IMG/VR virus record: IMGVR_UViG_3300045988_073070
Strand: one strand, 5' to 3'
From: a virus
Length of the DNA stretch: 64,000 nt
The notes under the pieces are model-generated. The model did no database searches and was not told the DNA's origin. It saw nothing but the letters and a program-made list of their open reading frames with translations. The translations under genes were made by a program, and so were the position numbers. Shown here piece after piece: positions 45,900-53,539 of this stretch; position 1 is the first letter of the stretch, and the number at the start of each line of letters is the position of its first letter.

Positions 45900-46208
45900 A
45901 TGAAAAAGTTTGAGCCTACAAAGAAAGGAATTTACAAATATGAGGTGTACGACTACAACGGCAATTATATACCTTATGAATTGAGAGTTGAAGTGTTTGG
46001 TGAATCCGATAGTGGAAAGACTTATCAAATCAAAACTCTTGAGGTAGGAGCTGGACGACTTGCATACGTTGGAACGCTCCTTTGGGTTCACAAAAGAAAA
46101 GTAATAATTGTAAATGACAACGGAAATGAAACAAGTAGAAACACCTCAGATGTATCTGAAGATAATGAGGACACAACTGGTTATTGGTGGGAAGAGGCAT
46201 TTGGATAA
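45900..46208 (+). CDS. hypothetical protein
   Basis: 102-aa ORF whose 3' end overlaps the next ORF by 95 nt. Confidence 0.55.
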   Translation: MKKFEPTKKGIYKYEVYDYNGNYIPYELRVEVFGESDSGKTYQIKTLEVGAGRLAYVGTLLWVHKRKVIIVNDNGNETSRNTSDVSEDNEDTTGYWWEEAFG

Positions 46209-46374
46209 GCGTACCGCCAAAGTAACGGACTTGGAAGAGTATCGGAGAAGCATACGTCAGGAACATGAAGGAGAAGCGTTGGAAGCAATATTCTTTACCT
46301 ACGAGGAAAGACCGATGCCCAAAGAGCAAAGTAAATTACAAATAACAATTAAATACGAAAGAGAGTATGTTTAA
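46114..46374 (+). CDS. hypothetical protein (start uncertain)
   Basis: The ATG at 46114 is directly preceded by 'AATAATTGTAA' (start-proximal motif), but it overlaps 45900-46208 by 95 nt in another frame. Alternative ATGs lie at 46126 and 46165. Confidence 0.45.
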   Translation: MTTEMKQVETPQMYLKIMRTQLVIGGKRHLDKRTAKVTDLEEYRRSIRQEHEGEALEAIFFTYEERPMPKEQSKLQITIKYEREYV

Positions 46375-46909
46375 TATTGGAACAATTTTCATAGCCGTGA
46401 TATCAATTATCATTTTGGCTATCGGTGTGACGTTATTCCGAATGGTAGGATTCACCCGTTGGGCTATCATAGACGGTTTACGTTTGAATCGTTTATTCAA
46501 GCAACCCAAAAGGGAAAGTTTGTCATTCGTGGAATTGAAATCTCATGTAGCAAACGTTCTTTGGACAAAGATGAAAGGGGGCAAGCCTACTTATAGGAAT
46601 GGTTCAAAGCTCCAAGAGATTAATCCATTGTCCGAAGAACAAGGACATAAGTATGTAACGATAAGCCGTGATAATCGTCCATTCCAGAACGTTTGTCATA
46701 TTCTTGTAGATACCGATATTGCGGGAATAGAAGTCAAAACGACCGTAGTTGCCCAAGATACCAAAGCATACGAGAATATGATGAATATAATGGGTTGGAA
46801 TTTGAAAGAGGTTTTGAGGAATCTACGAGCCGTTGACGCTGGGGATTCCGAAGCGAAGCAAAACATCATTGACCGATACATAGAATATATGTTGAGGGAA
46901 ATTTTGTAG
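46367..46909 (+). CDS. membrane-anchored protein (one N-terminal TM helix)
   Basis: 'IGTIFIAVISIIILAIGVTLF' is hydrophobic. 180 aa. Confidence 0.6.
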   Translation: MFNIGTIFIAVISIIILAIGVTLFRMVGFTRWAIIDGLRLNRLFKQPKRESLSFVELKSHVANVLWTKMKGGKPTYRNGSKLQEINPLSEEQGHKYVTISRDNRPFQNVCHILVDTDIAGIEVKTTVVAQDTKAYENMMNIMGWNLKEVLRNLRAVDAGDSEAKQNIIDRYIEYMLREIL

Positions 46910-46931
46910 TTTTCATTATGATGATTTGGGA

Positions 46932-46966
46932 AAGCTCTGGTTTGCGAAAATCGGAGCTTTTTTTGT
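46932..46966 (+). terminator. intrinsic terminator ahead of promoter B
   Basis: Stem AAGCTCTGG (46932-46940) / TCGGAGCTT (46951-46959) with two G-U pairs, followed by a T7 run. Confidence 0.7.
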
Positions 46967-47036
46967 TGCCTTTCGTTAAAAAGTTACCAAGAAAAGTTAA
47001 ATATTGTCGATTTACCAAAAATAATTTGGAAAAAGT

Positions 47037-47067
47037 TTTGTAGATTAAATTATTGTTCGTACCTTTG
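47037..47067 (+). promoter_or_regulatory. Bacteroidota-type sigma-A promoter B
   Basis: TTTG at 47037-47040, 19 nt, TACCTTTG at 47060-47067. Upstream AAAGTTAAA at 46993-47001 and TTTACCAAAA. Confidence 0.75.
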
Positions 47068-47154
47068 TACCGTAATCAAGAACGAAACATCTGTTAAGGT
47101 TACAAAGTTAGAAACAATAAACATTAAAATATCAACTTATAAAATTTGGAAATT

Positions 47155-48390
47155 ATGGCAACGAAAGTAAACAACAATCAGGTAAACGAGAGCGCAAACG
47201 AAATGATGGACGCAAGAATCGTTAAATTGAATGAATTGAAAGGTGTAAAGATGGCAAACCTTTCCAAAGGTAAACGACCTGCTGCGAAGGAAGCAAAGCT
47301 CCAAGCAACGTACATTCTTGACAATTGGGATAACGAGTTTGAATTGGTGAAGATGCTTAATGATACCGAAGTCGTATTCAATGATGATATCAAAGCTATC
47401 CTTTCCAGTCGTCTTCAAAACTTTGCTGACGCCAAGGAAGCGTGCAAGAAGGCGGTTGAGGAAGCTCCGAAGAAGGAGAAGAAAGCAAAGGCTCAACCCA
47501 AAGAAGAAGTCAATCAGGAAGCTCCGAGCGTTAAACTGACCAAGAACGAAATGGAAGTGCTTATTGGTATGGCGGTTAATGCCGACCATTACGGAGAACA
47601 TAACGCATTTGTATTATCGGAAATCAAATTGGAACGCCCAAGAAGCATCAACTCACTTTCAGGTACAATGTCGGCTTTGAATAAGAAGGGTATGCTGTTA
47701 GCTTGCAATGGAGATAGCTATTTTGACGGTGAATTAACCGAAGCTGGTTTGGCTATGGTAGGTGATATCACTCCGCATTTGAAAGCCTCAAAGAAATTCA
47801 AAGTAGCAGCAACGGACGCAAAGAAAGCTACCAAAGCTGAATCAACTCCGATGGCAGAGGCAAAGAAACCGACCGAGAAGAAAGAAGCTACCAAACCAGC
47901 AACATCTACAAAGAAGGTTGGCGATATTCATAAGAATGGCAAATGGGTATGGACTGAATATGCTCCTGGCAAATTCGATTGGCGGACTATTCCGAGTATG
48001 AAGCAGAAAACGGGAGCAAAACCGAAGGTTGAAACCGAAGGTAAGAAAGCGGAGAAGAAGCAGACTGCTATGAAGTCAAACAAGGCTGAAAAGAGCACTG
48101 CTAAGCAAACGAAGAAGGGTGAGCCGAAGAAGAACTCACCCGAAGCTCCGAAAGTGCTTACAATTGATGGATTTGTGGCTCTGCCCGTCAAGACTGCTAA
48201 AACTAACAAGAAACCTTCACCAGCTCAAGCCGAAGCATTGAAACTTATCAACAAAGGGTATCGGATAACGGCTGACCAAAAGTTCTTTGAGAAGGATGGA
48301 GACCGCAAGAGTTGCAATATGGATAGCGTTACAGCGATGTTTAAGAGATACGGCATTGATTACATTCCCGAAGGACTTATCATCAAATAA
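47155..48390 (+). CDS. Lys/Ala/Pro-rich (histone-H1-like low-complexity) protein with two small globular domains
   Basis: 411 aa. K/A/E/P tracts such as 'EEAPKKEKKAKAQPKEE' and 'KKATKAESTPMAEAKKPTEKKEATKPATSTKK'. It is the first gene after promoter B. ATG at 47155. Confidence 0.7.
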   Translation: MATKVNNNQVNESANEMMDARIVKLNELKGVKMANLSKGKRPAAKEAKLQATYILDNWDNEFELVKMLNDTEVVFNDDIKAILSSRLQNFADAKEACKKAVEEAPKKEKKAKAQPKEEVNQEAPSVKLTKNEMEVLIGMAVNADHYGEHNAFVLSEIKLERPRSINSLSGTMSALNKKGMLLACNGDSYFDGELTEAGLAMVGDITPHLKASKKFKVAATDAKKATKAESTPMAEAKKPTEKKEATKPATSTKKVGDIHKNGKWVWTEYAPGKFDWRTIPSMKQKTGAKPKVETEGKKAEKKQTAMKSNKAEKSTAKQTKKGEPKKNSPEAPKVLTIDGFVALPVKTAKTNKKPSPAQAEALKLINKGYRITADQKFFEKDGDRKSCNMDSVTAMFKRYGIDYIPEGLIIK

Positions 48391-48399
48391 TTAGCAACC

Positions 48400-48594
48400 A
48401 TGAAAAAGACCCAAGTCAATAAGGTTAATCAAGGCACATACTTCAAATTAACCGAGAGCGAGAAAGCACCTGTTTGGGTACGTGGAGAGTTCAGCAGAGA
48501 AGCACAAAAGTATTCGTGCTACAAGTTTGACAATGTGAACCACGAGAAGTTGATGAAAGGTACGCAAACAATATTCGTAGATTTTGAATTTTGA
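48400..48594 (+). CDS. hypothetical small protein
   Basis: 64-aa ORF. Confidence 0.5.
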   Translation: MKKTQVNKVNQGTYFKLTESEKAPVWVRGEFSREAQKYSCYKFDNVNHEKLMKGTQTIFVDFEF

Positions 48595-48595
48595 T

Positions 48596-49066
48596 ATGAA
48601 AGAGAACAGCTTGGTCATAGAACTTCAACACTTCGCAGGATTTATGGAAGGTAGGCAAAAGAAGTTCTATGACCAAATGATAAAAGACGCAAAGCCTGTT
48701 GAGGTTGTAAGTTTATCCGAAGTATTCACCCCAGAGCAGATAGACTTCATAAAGAAGGCGGTGCGACCCAAAGCAAAAGAGTGTTATCGCAATGCTCATC
48801 TGCTTACTTCTATCTTTCCCGAAGCTCTTTATGTGGAAGGGAAAATGACATGCTGTAAATGCTTCGGAATCGAGCATGCTTGGAATAAGATAGGTGACAA
48901 ATACATTGACATTACTATGGAGCTTGTGTTGCACCGAGACCCAACCAAAGAGGAATACATGAGCTTGGGCGAATATAGCGAGGACGTAATATCACCCATA
49001 GTTTTGGAGACGGGATTTTATGGAAACATATATTCCATAGTTTATAACAGAAACAATCGTAAATAA
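48596..49066 (+). CDS. hypothetical protein with transglutaminase-like Cys-His-Asp arrangement
   Basis: 'KECYRNAHLL' (Cys), 'IEHAWNKIGDKYIDIT' (His-A-W ... Asp) follows the order and spacing of the transglutaminase-like cysteine peptidase core. ATG at 48596. Confidence 0.5.
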   Translation: MKENSLVIELQHFAGFMEGRQKKFYDQMIKDAKPVEVVSLSEVFTPEQIDFIKKAVRPKAKECYRNAHLLTSIFPEALYVEGKMTCCKCFGIEHAWNKIGDKYIDITMELVLHRDPTKEEYMSLGEYSEDVISPIVLETGFYGNIYSIVYNRNNRK

Positions 49067-49074
49067 AAATTAAT

Positions 49075-49349
49075 ATGGCAAAGATTTATAAAGCAAACGG
49101 TGAAGTGTTAGACATAGAGCCTAAGAACGGTACAGACTTCAAGTTGGAAGAGTTACAAGCAATTGTAGGCGGATTGATAGACTGCCAAATGACAAACGAT
49201 GGTAAGGATTTGATTGTATTCAATGACGAAGGAAACTCATGGAACTTCCTTACAACGATAATGCAACAAAGATTTACCAAGACAGGGTTTATGAAGGAGA
49301 CTTCTTGGTTGGCGATGTTTTGATTTGTAAAGAAACCGAAATGAAATAA
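49075..49349 (+). pseudogene. DUF3846-like gene interrupted by a 1-nt frame change at an A-run (49233-49235)
   Basis: Frame 1 gives 'MAKIYKANGEVLDIEPKNGTDFKLEELQAIVGGLIDCQMTNDGKDLIVFNDEG' and then runs into unrelated sequence. The -1 frame continues 'KLMELPYNDNATKIYQDRVYEGDFLVGDVLICKETEMK*'. Joined, these match the DUF3846 pattern (LeeLQ..VGG.Ie....l..NEEGKL.gLP.N..A......ivGdvli). Adding one A restores a 91-codon ORF. Confidence 0.55.
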
Positions 49350-49353
49350 TGTT

Positions 49354-49812
49354 ATGGGAAAGTTATATGACCGATTACAGAAGCAATTGAAGATAGAGGA
49401 ATACAAGCAAGACGCTGAAGATTGTCTCAAGATATATGAGAAGCTCAAAGAAATGAATAATGGTAGCGTTTGGGAGTCATCATGGAGCCCATTAACAACT
49501 GTTAAGTTTGTAGGAACATATCCCAATTCCGAAAGGATATACAAACCGAGTCAAGAAGGTTATGTATTTCTGAAAGGTATTGAGAAAAAGAAGGAACGTG
49601 AGGCAGGAGTTCGTTACATACCAGTACAAATGGCTATCATTAGTCATCTATCGGATGCGCAAGCCTGCATGGGTTTAGGTGGTAAATATGGATGGGGCGG
49701 TTATAATCGACATATCAACTTCGCAAAACAATTAGTATTAACATATCCTGATACGACAATCGAAGTATCGGAGAATGAATTGAACGAGCTATGGAAGAAA
49801 ACTATTCAATGA
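49354..49812 (+). CDS. hypothetical protein
   Basis: 152-aa ORF. Confidence 0.6.
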   Translation: MGKLYDRLQKQLKIEEYKQDAEDCLKIYEKLKEMNNGSVWESSWSPLTTVKFVGTYPNSERIYKPSQEGYVFLKGIEKKKEREAGVRYIPVQMAIISHLSDAQACMGLGGKYGWGGYNRHINFAKQLVLTYPDTTIEVSENELNELWKKTIQ

Positions 49813-50009
49813 CCAAAGAAGCGGCAATTGAAGCTATGGAGCAAGGTGGGTATAAAGTTGCCCACCGCTTCTTTTCAGAAGGAGAGTACATATGGTCAGT
49901 CGATGACGAGTATTACAAGGATGAAGAAGGAACTTGGATACCAAAGAAAGACTTTTGGGAATGTCGTACAAAACAAGAATGGGGAACTGGATGGAGAATA
50001 GTGGGTTAA
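49809..50009 (+). CDS. small protein with DUF2829 (Tad2-family)-like N- and C-terminal motifs
   Basis: ATGA overlap start at 49809. 'EAAIEAMEQGGYKVAHRFFSEGEYIW' resembles the DUF2829 N-terminus (eAlealk.GkkvaR.gW..g.yi). The C-terminal 'DFWECR...WGTGWRIV' resembles its 'dllAeDWei' end. Motif-level resemblance only. Confidence 0.45.
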   Translation: MTKEAAIEAMEQGGYKVAHRFFSEGEYIWSVDDEYYKDEEGTWIPKKDFWECRTKQEWGTGWRIVG

Positions 50010-50185
50010 AAATCATTTATCTTGATATAATGATTAAAGATAGGTTTATAACGCAAATACCTTATCCGTATTGTCCGTTGTTTCCTATTGATTCAGAAGA
50101 GCTGAGGAGTTTTATTGAAGATAAAAGACCGAGCTTGAAAAACAAAGATTTTCGCATTGAATTTTCCAATAACAAAGTTAAGTAA
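49991..50185 (+). CDS. hypothetical small protein (start uncertain)
   Basis: I chose the ATG at 49991 (MENSGLK...), which overlaps the previous stop. The track start at 49934 would overlap by 76 nt. Confidence 0.4.
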   Translation: MENSGLKIIYLDIMIKDRFITQIPYPYCPLFPIDSEELRSFIEDKRPSLKNKDFRIEFSNNKVK

Positions 50186-50206
50186 CAAAATTGTAAATTA
50201 AATTGT

Positions 50207-50656
50207 ATGACCAGAATAAATAGTGCTATTTCAGTAAGGTGTTTGACAGATGAACATTTACTTGCCGAGCATAGAGAGATTAAGAGACTACCAGCTTGTT
50301 ACCTCAAAGCAAAAACTTCGGGAGCTTTGAAAAGAATACCGAAGGAGTTCAAATTGGGAACTGGACATGTTACATTCTTTCTTGATAAATTCGCATTCAC
50401 TTATACGAGATACAAAGCTATTCATACTGAATGCTTGCGTAGAGGTTTTCAAGTTACCGATTATTCAGATTTATGGAGAGCAGTTGAACCTACTTCACAA
50501 TGGAAGTCCTACGAGCCTACGAAGGAAGAACTTGAGCTACTTATACAACGTATTACAGAGCGAATACAAGGCAGTAGCAAGACCTTCTTTCACTATGATG
50601 GGAAAGCTATCACTAAGGGTGAAGCAATCGAAATATTAAATTGTAAAACAAATTGA
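50207..50656 (+). CDS. denV: pyrimidine-dimer DNA glycosylase (T4 endonuclease V family)
   Basis: Near-colinear with T4 EndoV: 'MTRIN', 'DEHLLAEHREIKRLP' (DQHLMAEYRELPRV), 'GTGHVTFFLDKFAF' (GAGHVTFFYDKLEF) and 'ECLRRGF' (ECLKRGF). Confidence 0.9.
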   Translation: MTRINSAISVRCLTDEHLLAEHREIKRLPACYLKAKTSGALKRIPKEFKLGTGHVTFFLDKFAFTYTRYKAIHTECLRRGFQVTDYSDLWRAVEPTSQWKSYEPTKEELELLIQRITERIQGSSKTFFHYDGKAITKGEAIEILNCKTN

Positions 50657-50659
50657 ATT

Positions 50660-51244
50660 ATGTTAATAAACAACAACCGTTTGGCCATACAAGAAGCATT
50701 TATGTCTGGCAAGATAAAAGCTATATGCGGCTATCCAGGCATAGGCAAGACCTATCTAACAAATCAAGATTCAAGGTTTGTAGATGGATGGTTATCGGAA
50801 CATCTTTACATAGACAAAGCAAAAGGCATACGCAATCCCGACTTTCCGTCAAACTATATTCGCACCGTTTCAGATATAATCAAGCAAGGAAAGATTGTTG
50901 TAACAGCAATGTCCGAAGAAGCAAGAGATGTATTCAATATGCTTGATATGCCATTCGTGGTTATATATCCCAACGCTTCGGAGAAAGACCGATATTTCAA
51001 CATATACGATACCCGTCCAGACGTTCGGGAATGGATAAGCCTGAATAAACGGGTGTGGGATGATAAGATAAAGAGGATACAGGAAATGAGGGTGCCCATA
51101 GGGTGCTATAAGGATGAAATACCAAAGGGAATGAATCTCACCGAGTATCTAACTCAACTGGGAGTGTTAAGCCTTGTAAAAGTGCCCGAATATGCCTATA
51201 TTGAAACAACGCAAAGTTATCAAGAACAAATAATACAATTATGA
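50660..51244 (+). CDS. P-loop NTPase / kinase-like protein
   Basis: Walker A 'ICGYPGIGKTYL'. 194 aa, a size typical of nucleotide or nucleoside kinases. Confidence 0.6.
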   Translation: MLINNNRLAIQEAFMSGKIKAICGYPGIGKTYLTNQDSRFVDGWLSEHLYIDKAKGIRNPDFPSNYIRTVSDIIKQGKIVVTAMSEEARDVFNMLDMPFVVIYPNASEKDRYFNIYDTRPDVREWISLNKRVWDDKIKRIQEMRVPIGCYKDEIPKGMNLTEYLTQLGVLSLVKVPEYAYIETTQSYQEQIIQL

Positions 51245-51459
51245 GAAAGAAATACAACATTGCAAGAGCAATAAACGTTCTATTCAGTTTAGCAATAGTC
51301 ATAACGATTATGATTTGCGCATATCACGAATGGAGCAAACACGGAGAGTACACAACTTTCAGCTTCATAGCTTCTTTGGTAGTTCATGGCGGGTTGGGAG
51401 TGATGATATATTACGGGGTTGATTCAATACTCCGTAGAGTGTTTCACCAAATTAAGTAA
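51241..51459 (+). CDS. two-TM small membrane protein (holin candidate)
   Basis: 72 aa with two hydrophobic helices ('VLFSLAIVITIMICAY' and 'FIASLVVHGGLGVMIYYGV') and a charged C-terminus. It lies immediately upstream of the transglycosylase. Confidence 0.55.
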   Translation: MRKKYNIARAINVLFSLAIVITIMICAYHEWSKHGEYTTFSFIASLVVHGGLGVMIYYGVDSILRRVFHQIK

Positions 51460-51461
51460 AG

Positions 51462-51908
51462 ATGAGAAAAGTTATGTTATTGGTACTGCTTATTATAGCC
51501 ACGAATTGTAATTTGAATGTGTATCAAGAAGTACGAGAAGAACAATCAACAATTTTATCGGAACAAAAGAAAGAGCCGACCGAGTGGGAAATTTTCATTG
51601 AGGCTCTTATCAACGTAGAAAGCGAAGGCAAAGCGGATGCGGTGGGCAAGACCAACGATGTAGGAATATTACAAATTACTCCTATATACGTCAAGGATGT
51701 CAACCGCATTCTTGGTGAAGAACGATACACACTCAGTTGTCGTACCGATATAGAAAAGAGCTTGGAGATGTTTGAAATTTTACAAAGTCATTACAATCCG
51801 AATAAGGATATTGAAAAGGCTATCAAACTCCACAATCCGAGAGCTGGACAAAGTTATCGAATAAAGATAATGAATCAAATGGAAAATATTAAAACAAATT
51901 TATCATGA
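51462..51908 (+). CDS. lytic transglycosylase (SLT/lysozyme-like) endolysin with N-terminal signal/anchor
   Basis: 'INVESEGKADAVGKTNDVGILQITPIYV' carries the SLT catalytic E-S and GLMQI-like blocks. The N-terminal 'MRKVMLLVLLIIATNC' is hydrophobic. Confidence 0.8.
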   Translation: MRKVMLLVLLIIATNCNLNVYQEVREEQSTILSEQKKEPTEWEIFIEALINVESEGKADAVGKTNDVGILQITPIYVKDVNRILGEERYTLSCRTDIEKSLEMFEILQSHYNPNKDIEKAIKLHNPRAGQSYRIKIMNQMENIKTNLS

Positions 51909-52453
51909 CAAAAGAGGAATTAAAAAGGAAGTATCACGGTCATGCAGTTACTGTGAGTTATCCTATTAGATTGGGCGGTTTTAACGGAGAGCGAGAATCT
52001 TCAGCCAAAACAAATGCTCTAATCAACGCTTGTAAGGGATTGGGATTGCAAGTTGCATTAATGCCAGATATGGCGATGATGACAGGTCATAATGCAAAGG
52101 TGTATGCAATTAGCGACCCAAATGTTAAGCCGAGTTATTCAAACACTCCTTGTTCTTCGATAAGCGTTGAAGAGTTCTTGGAAGATTTTTCTCACTATAC
52201 AAAAGTAGAGGAAGAAAAGCAATTTGTAAAAGCTAAACAACTTCTTGACGAGTTCAAAATTGAATACGGCTCTATCGAAAAGAAACATGAATCATGTACA
52301 TCAACCGATATGTTGGACGAAGGATTCATTCAGGGATATACCTCAAACGAGGCATCACTGTGGTGGCATCCACTGGGTAGGCGTGTTTTCTTTGTTCGTG
52401 GAGAAGGAGCGTTTGAACTTACAGATAAACCAAAGGAGAATGAGCAGAATTGA
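51905..52453 (+). CDS. hypothetical protein
   Basis: 182-aa ORF with ATGA overlap. Confidence 0.6.
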   Translation: MTKEELKRKYHGHAVTVSYPIRLGGFNGERESSAKTNALINACKGLGLQVALMPDMAMMTGHNAKVYAISDPNVKPSYSNTPCSSISVEEFLEDFSHYTKVEEEKQFVKAKQLLDEFKIEYGSIEKKHESCTSTDMLDEGFIQGYTSNEASLWWHPLGRRVFFVRGEGAFELTDKPKENEQN

Positions 52454-52682
52454 TGACTTTCAAAATTATCTTGAATGGCTTTACCAAACTTCATCTCAAA
52501 TATTCGGATTCGATATATCAAGAGAGACTTGGCGAAACAGACCTCATTACGATAATACACAAGAACCGAAAGAAGTTTGGAGCGGTACGCCAAGAAATCA
52601 ATTCACATCAGAACAAAGAGAGTATCTGGACAAAATAAAATCATTAGCAGTAGATGTAGAGTATGAAGAAATTCAAAGTTAA
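52440..52682 (+). CDS. hypothetical small protein
   Basis: The ATG at 52440 (MSRIDDFQNY...) is in frame with track ORF 52245-52682. The upstream part of that ORF overlaps 51905-52453. Confidence 0.45.
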   Translation: MSRIDDFQNYLEWLYQTSSQIFGFDISRETWRNRPHYDNTQEPKEVWSGTPRNQFTSEQREYLDKIKSLAVDVEYEEIQS

Positions 52683-52830
52683 GTTCTTTGGTTCAAAGAA
52701 TCGAAAGGAGCAAATTAAGCAAGTAAAAACCGAAGTTGAAGCCGAGAGCCGTTCAAAAGTTGAGGACATTCTCAGACATGAACACGGTTACGAGGTCATC
52801 AACGGATTAAAGATTCATGAGTATGAATAA
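52663..52830 (+). CDS. small ORF (55 aa), not in the ORF track
   Basis: Read by hand: MKKFKVKFFGSKNRKEQIKQVKTEVEAESRSKVEDILRHEHGYEVINGLKIHEYE. It bridges two genes with overlaps at both ends. Confidence 0.35.
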   Translation: MKKFKVKFFGSKNRKEQIKQVKTEVEAESRSKVEDILRHEHGYEVINGLKIHEYE

Positions 52831-53233
52831 AGCAACGAGAATCGGACTATTCATTTTGGGAGCTTTATTGACCTTGACTCTATTCAAGGGTTGCGGACAA
52901 TACGAGCGTAAAGACCCAAAGACAGTTGTTTATCGGGAGAAGGTAAGCGAAACGGATTCAACCGAGATATGGCGCAACGTAAAGTATGAGCTTGTAAGCG
53001 TTGAACAAGATACGGTGAGGAAAGTTACAAAACCAAGAAACACTTTGGAGATTACACCGCCCAAACCAATACCGATGCCTGAAGATAGAATTGACTTGAA
53101 TAATTATCTTGGAACACCAGACGATGGAACGGATTGGAATTACACCGAGATAAGCGAGGAAGAACAGAAGTATCTTGATGATTTAGGTATATATTGGGAT
53201 AATAACAAAGGATATTGGAGACAAAGAAAATGA
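52817..53233 (+). CDS. putative lipoprotein / signal-peptide protein
   Basis: 'MSMNKATRIGLFILGALLTLTLFKGCGQ' has a signal peptide with a Cys in a lipobox-like position. Confidence 0.6.
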   Translation: MSMNKATRIGLFILGALLTLTLFKGCGQYERKDPKTVVYREKVSETDSTEIWRNVKYELVSVEQDTVRKVTKPRNTLEITPPKPIPMPEDRIDLNNYLGTPDDGTDWNYTEISEEEQKYLDDLGIYWDNNKGYWRQRK

Positions 53234-53514
53234 GTAAATTTTATTGCGTTTATTTGGCATATACAAAATACGAGGTTATGCCTGACGAGGAATGCAACAA
53301 CCCAGACATTCCTAAATACCCAGCCGAAATAGGAAGGGTGAGAGTGTACGACAATCCGAGCGACCAAATGGATTGTTATAGTAATACGATGTGTCCTGCT
53401 TCTCAATGTTTTGAAGCCGATACGAAGGAAGAAATTGAACAAAAGGTTAAGGAGTATCAAAAGAACTTTCAAGACGATGCTTGGCTCAAGGAAAACATAG
53501 AGCCGTATATTTGA
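53230..53514 (+). CDS. hypothetical small protein
   Basis: ATGA overlap start at 53230; the track start at 53215 is a TTG. Confidence 0.5.
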   Translation: MSKFYCVYLAYTKYEVMPDEECNNPDIPKYPAEIGRVRVYDNPSDQMDCYSNTMCPASQCFEADTKEEIEQKVKEYQKNFQDDAWLKENIEPYI

Positions 53515-53539
53515 TACATTGTGGCAACCAATTATAGAA

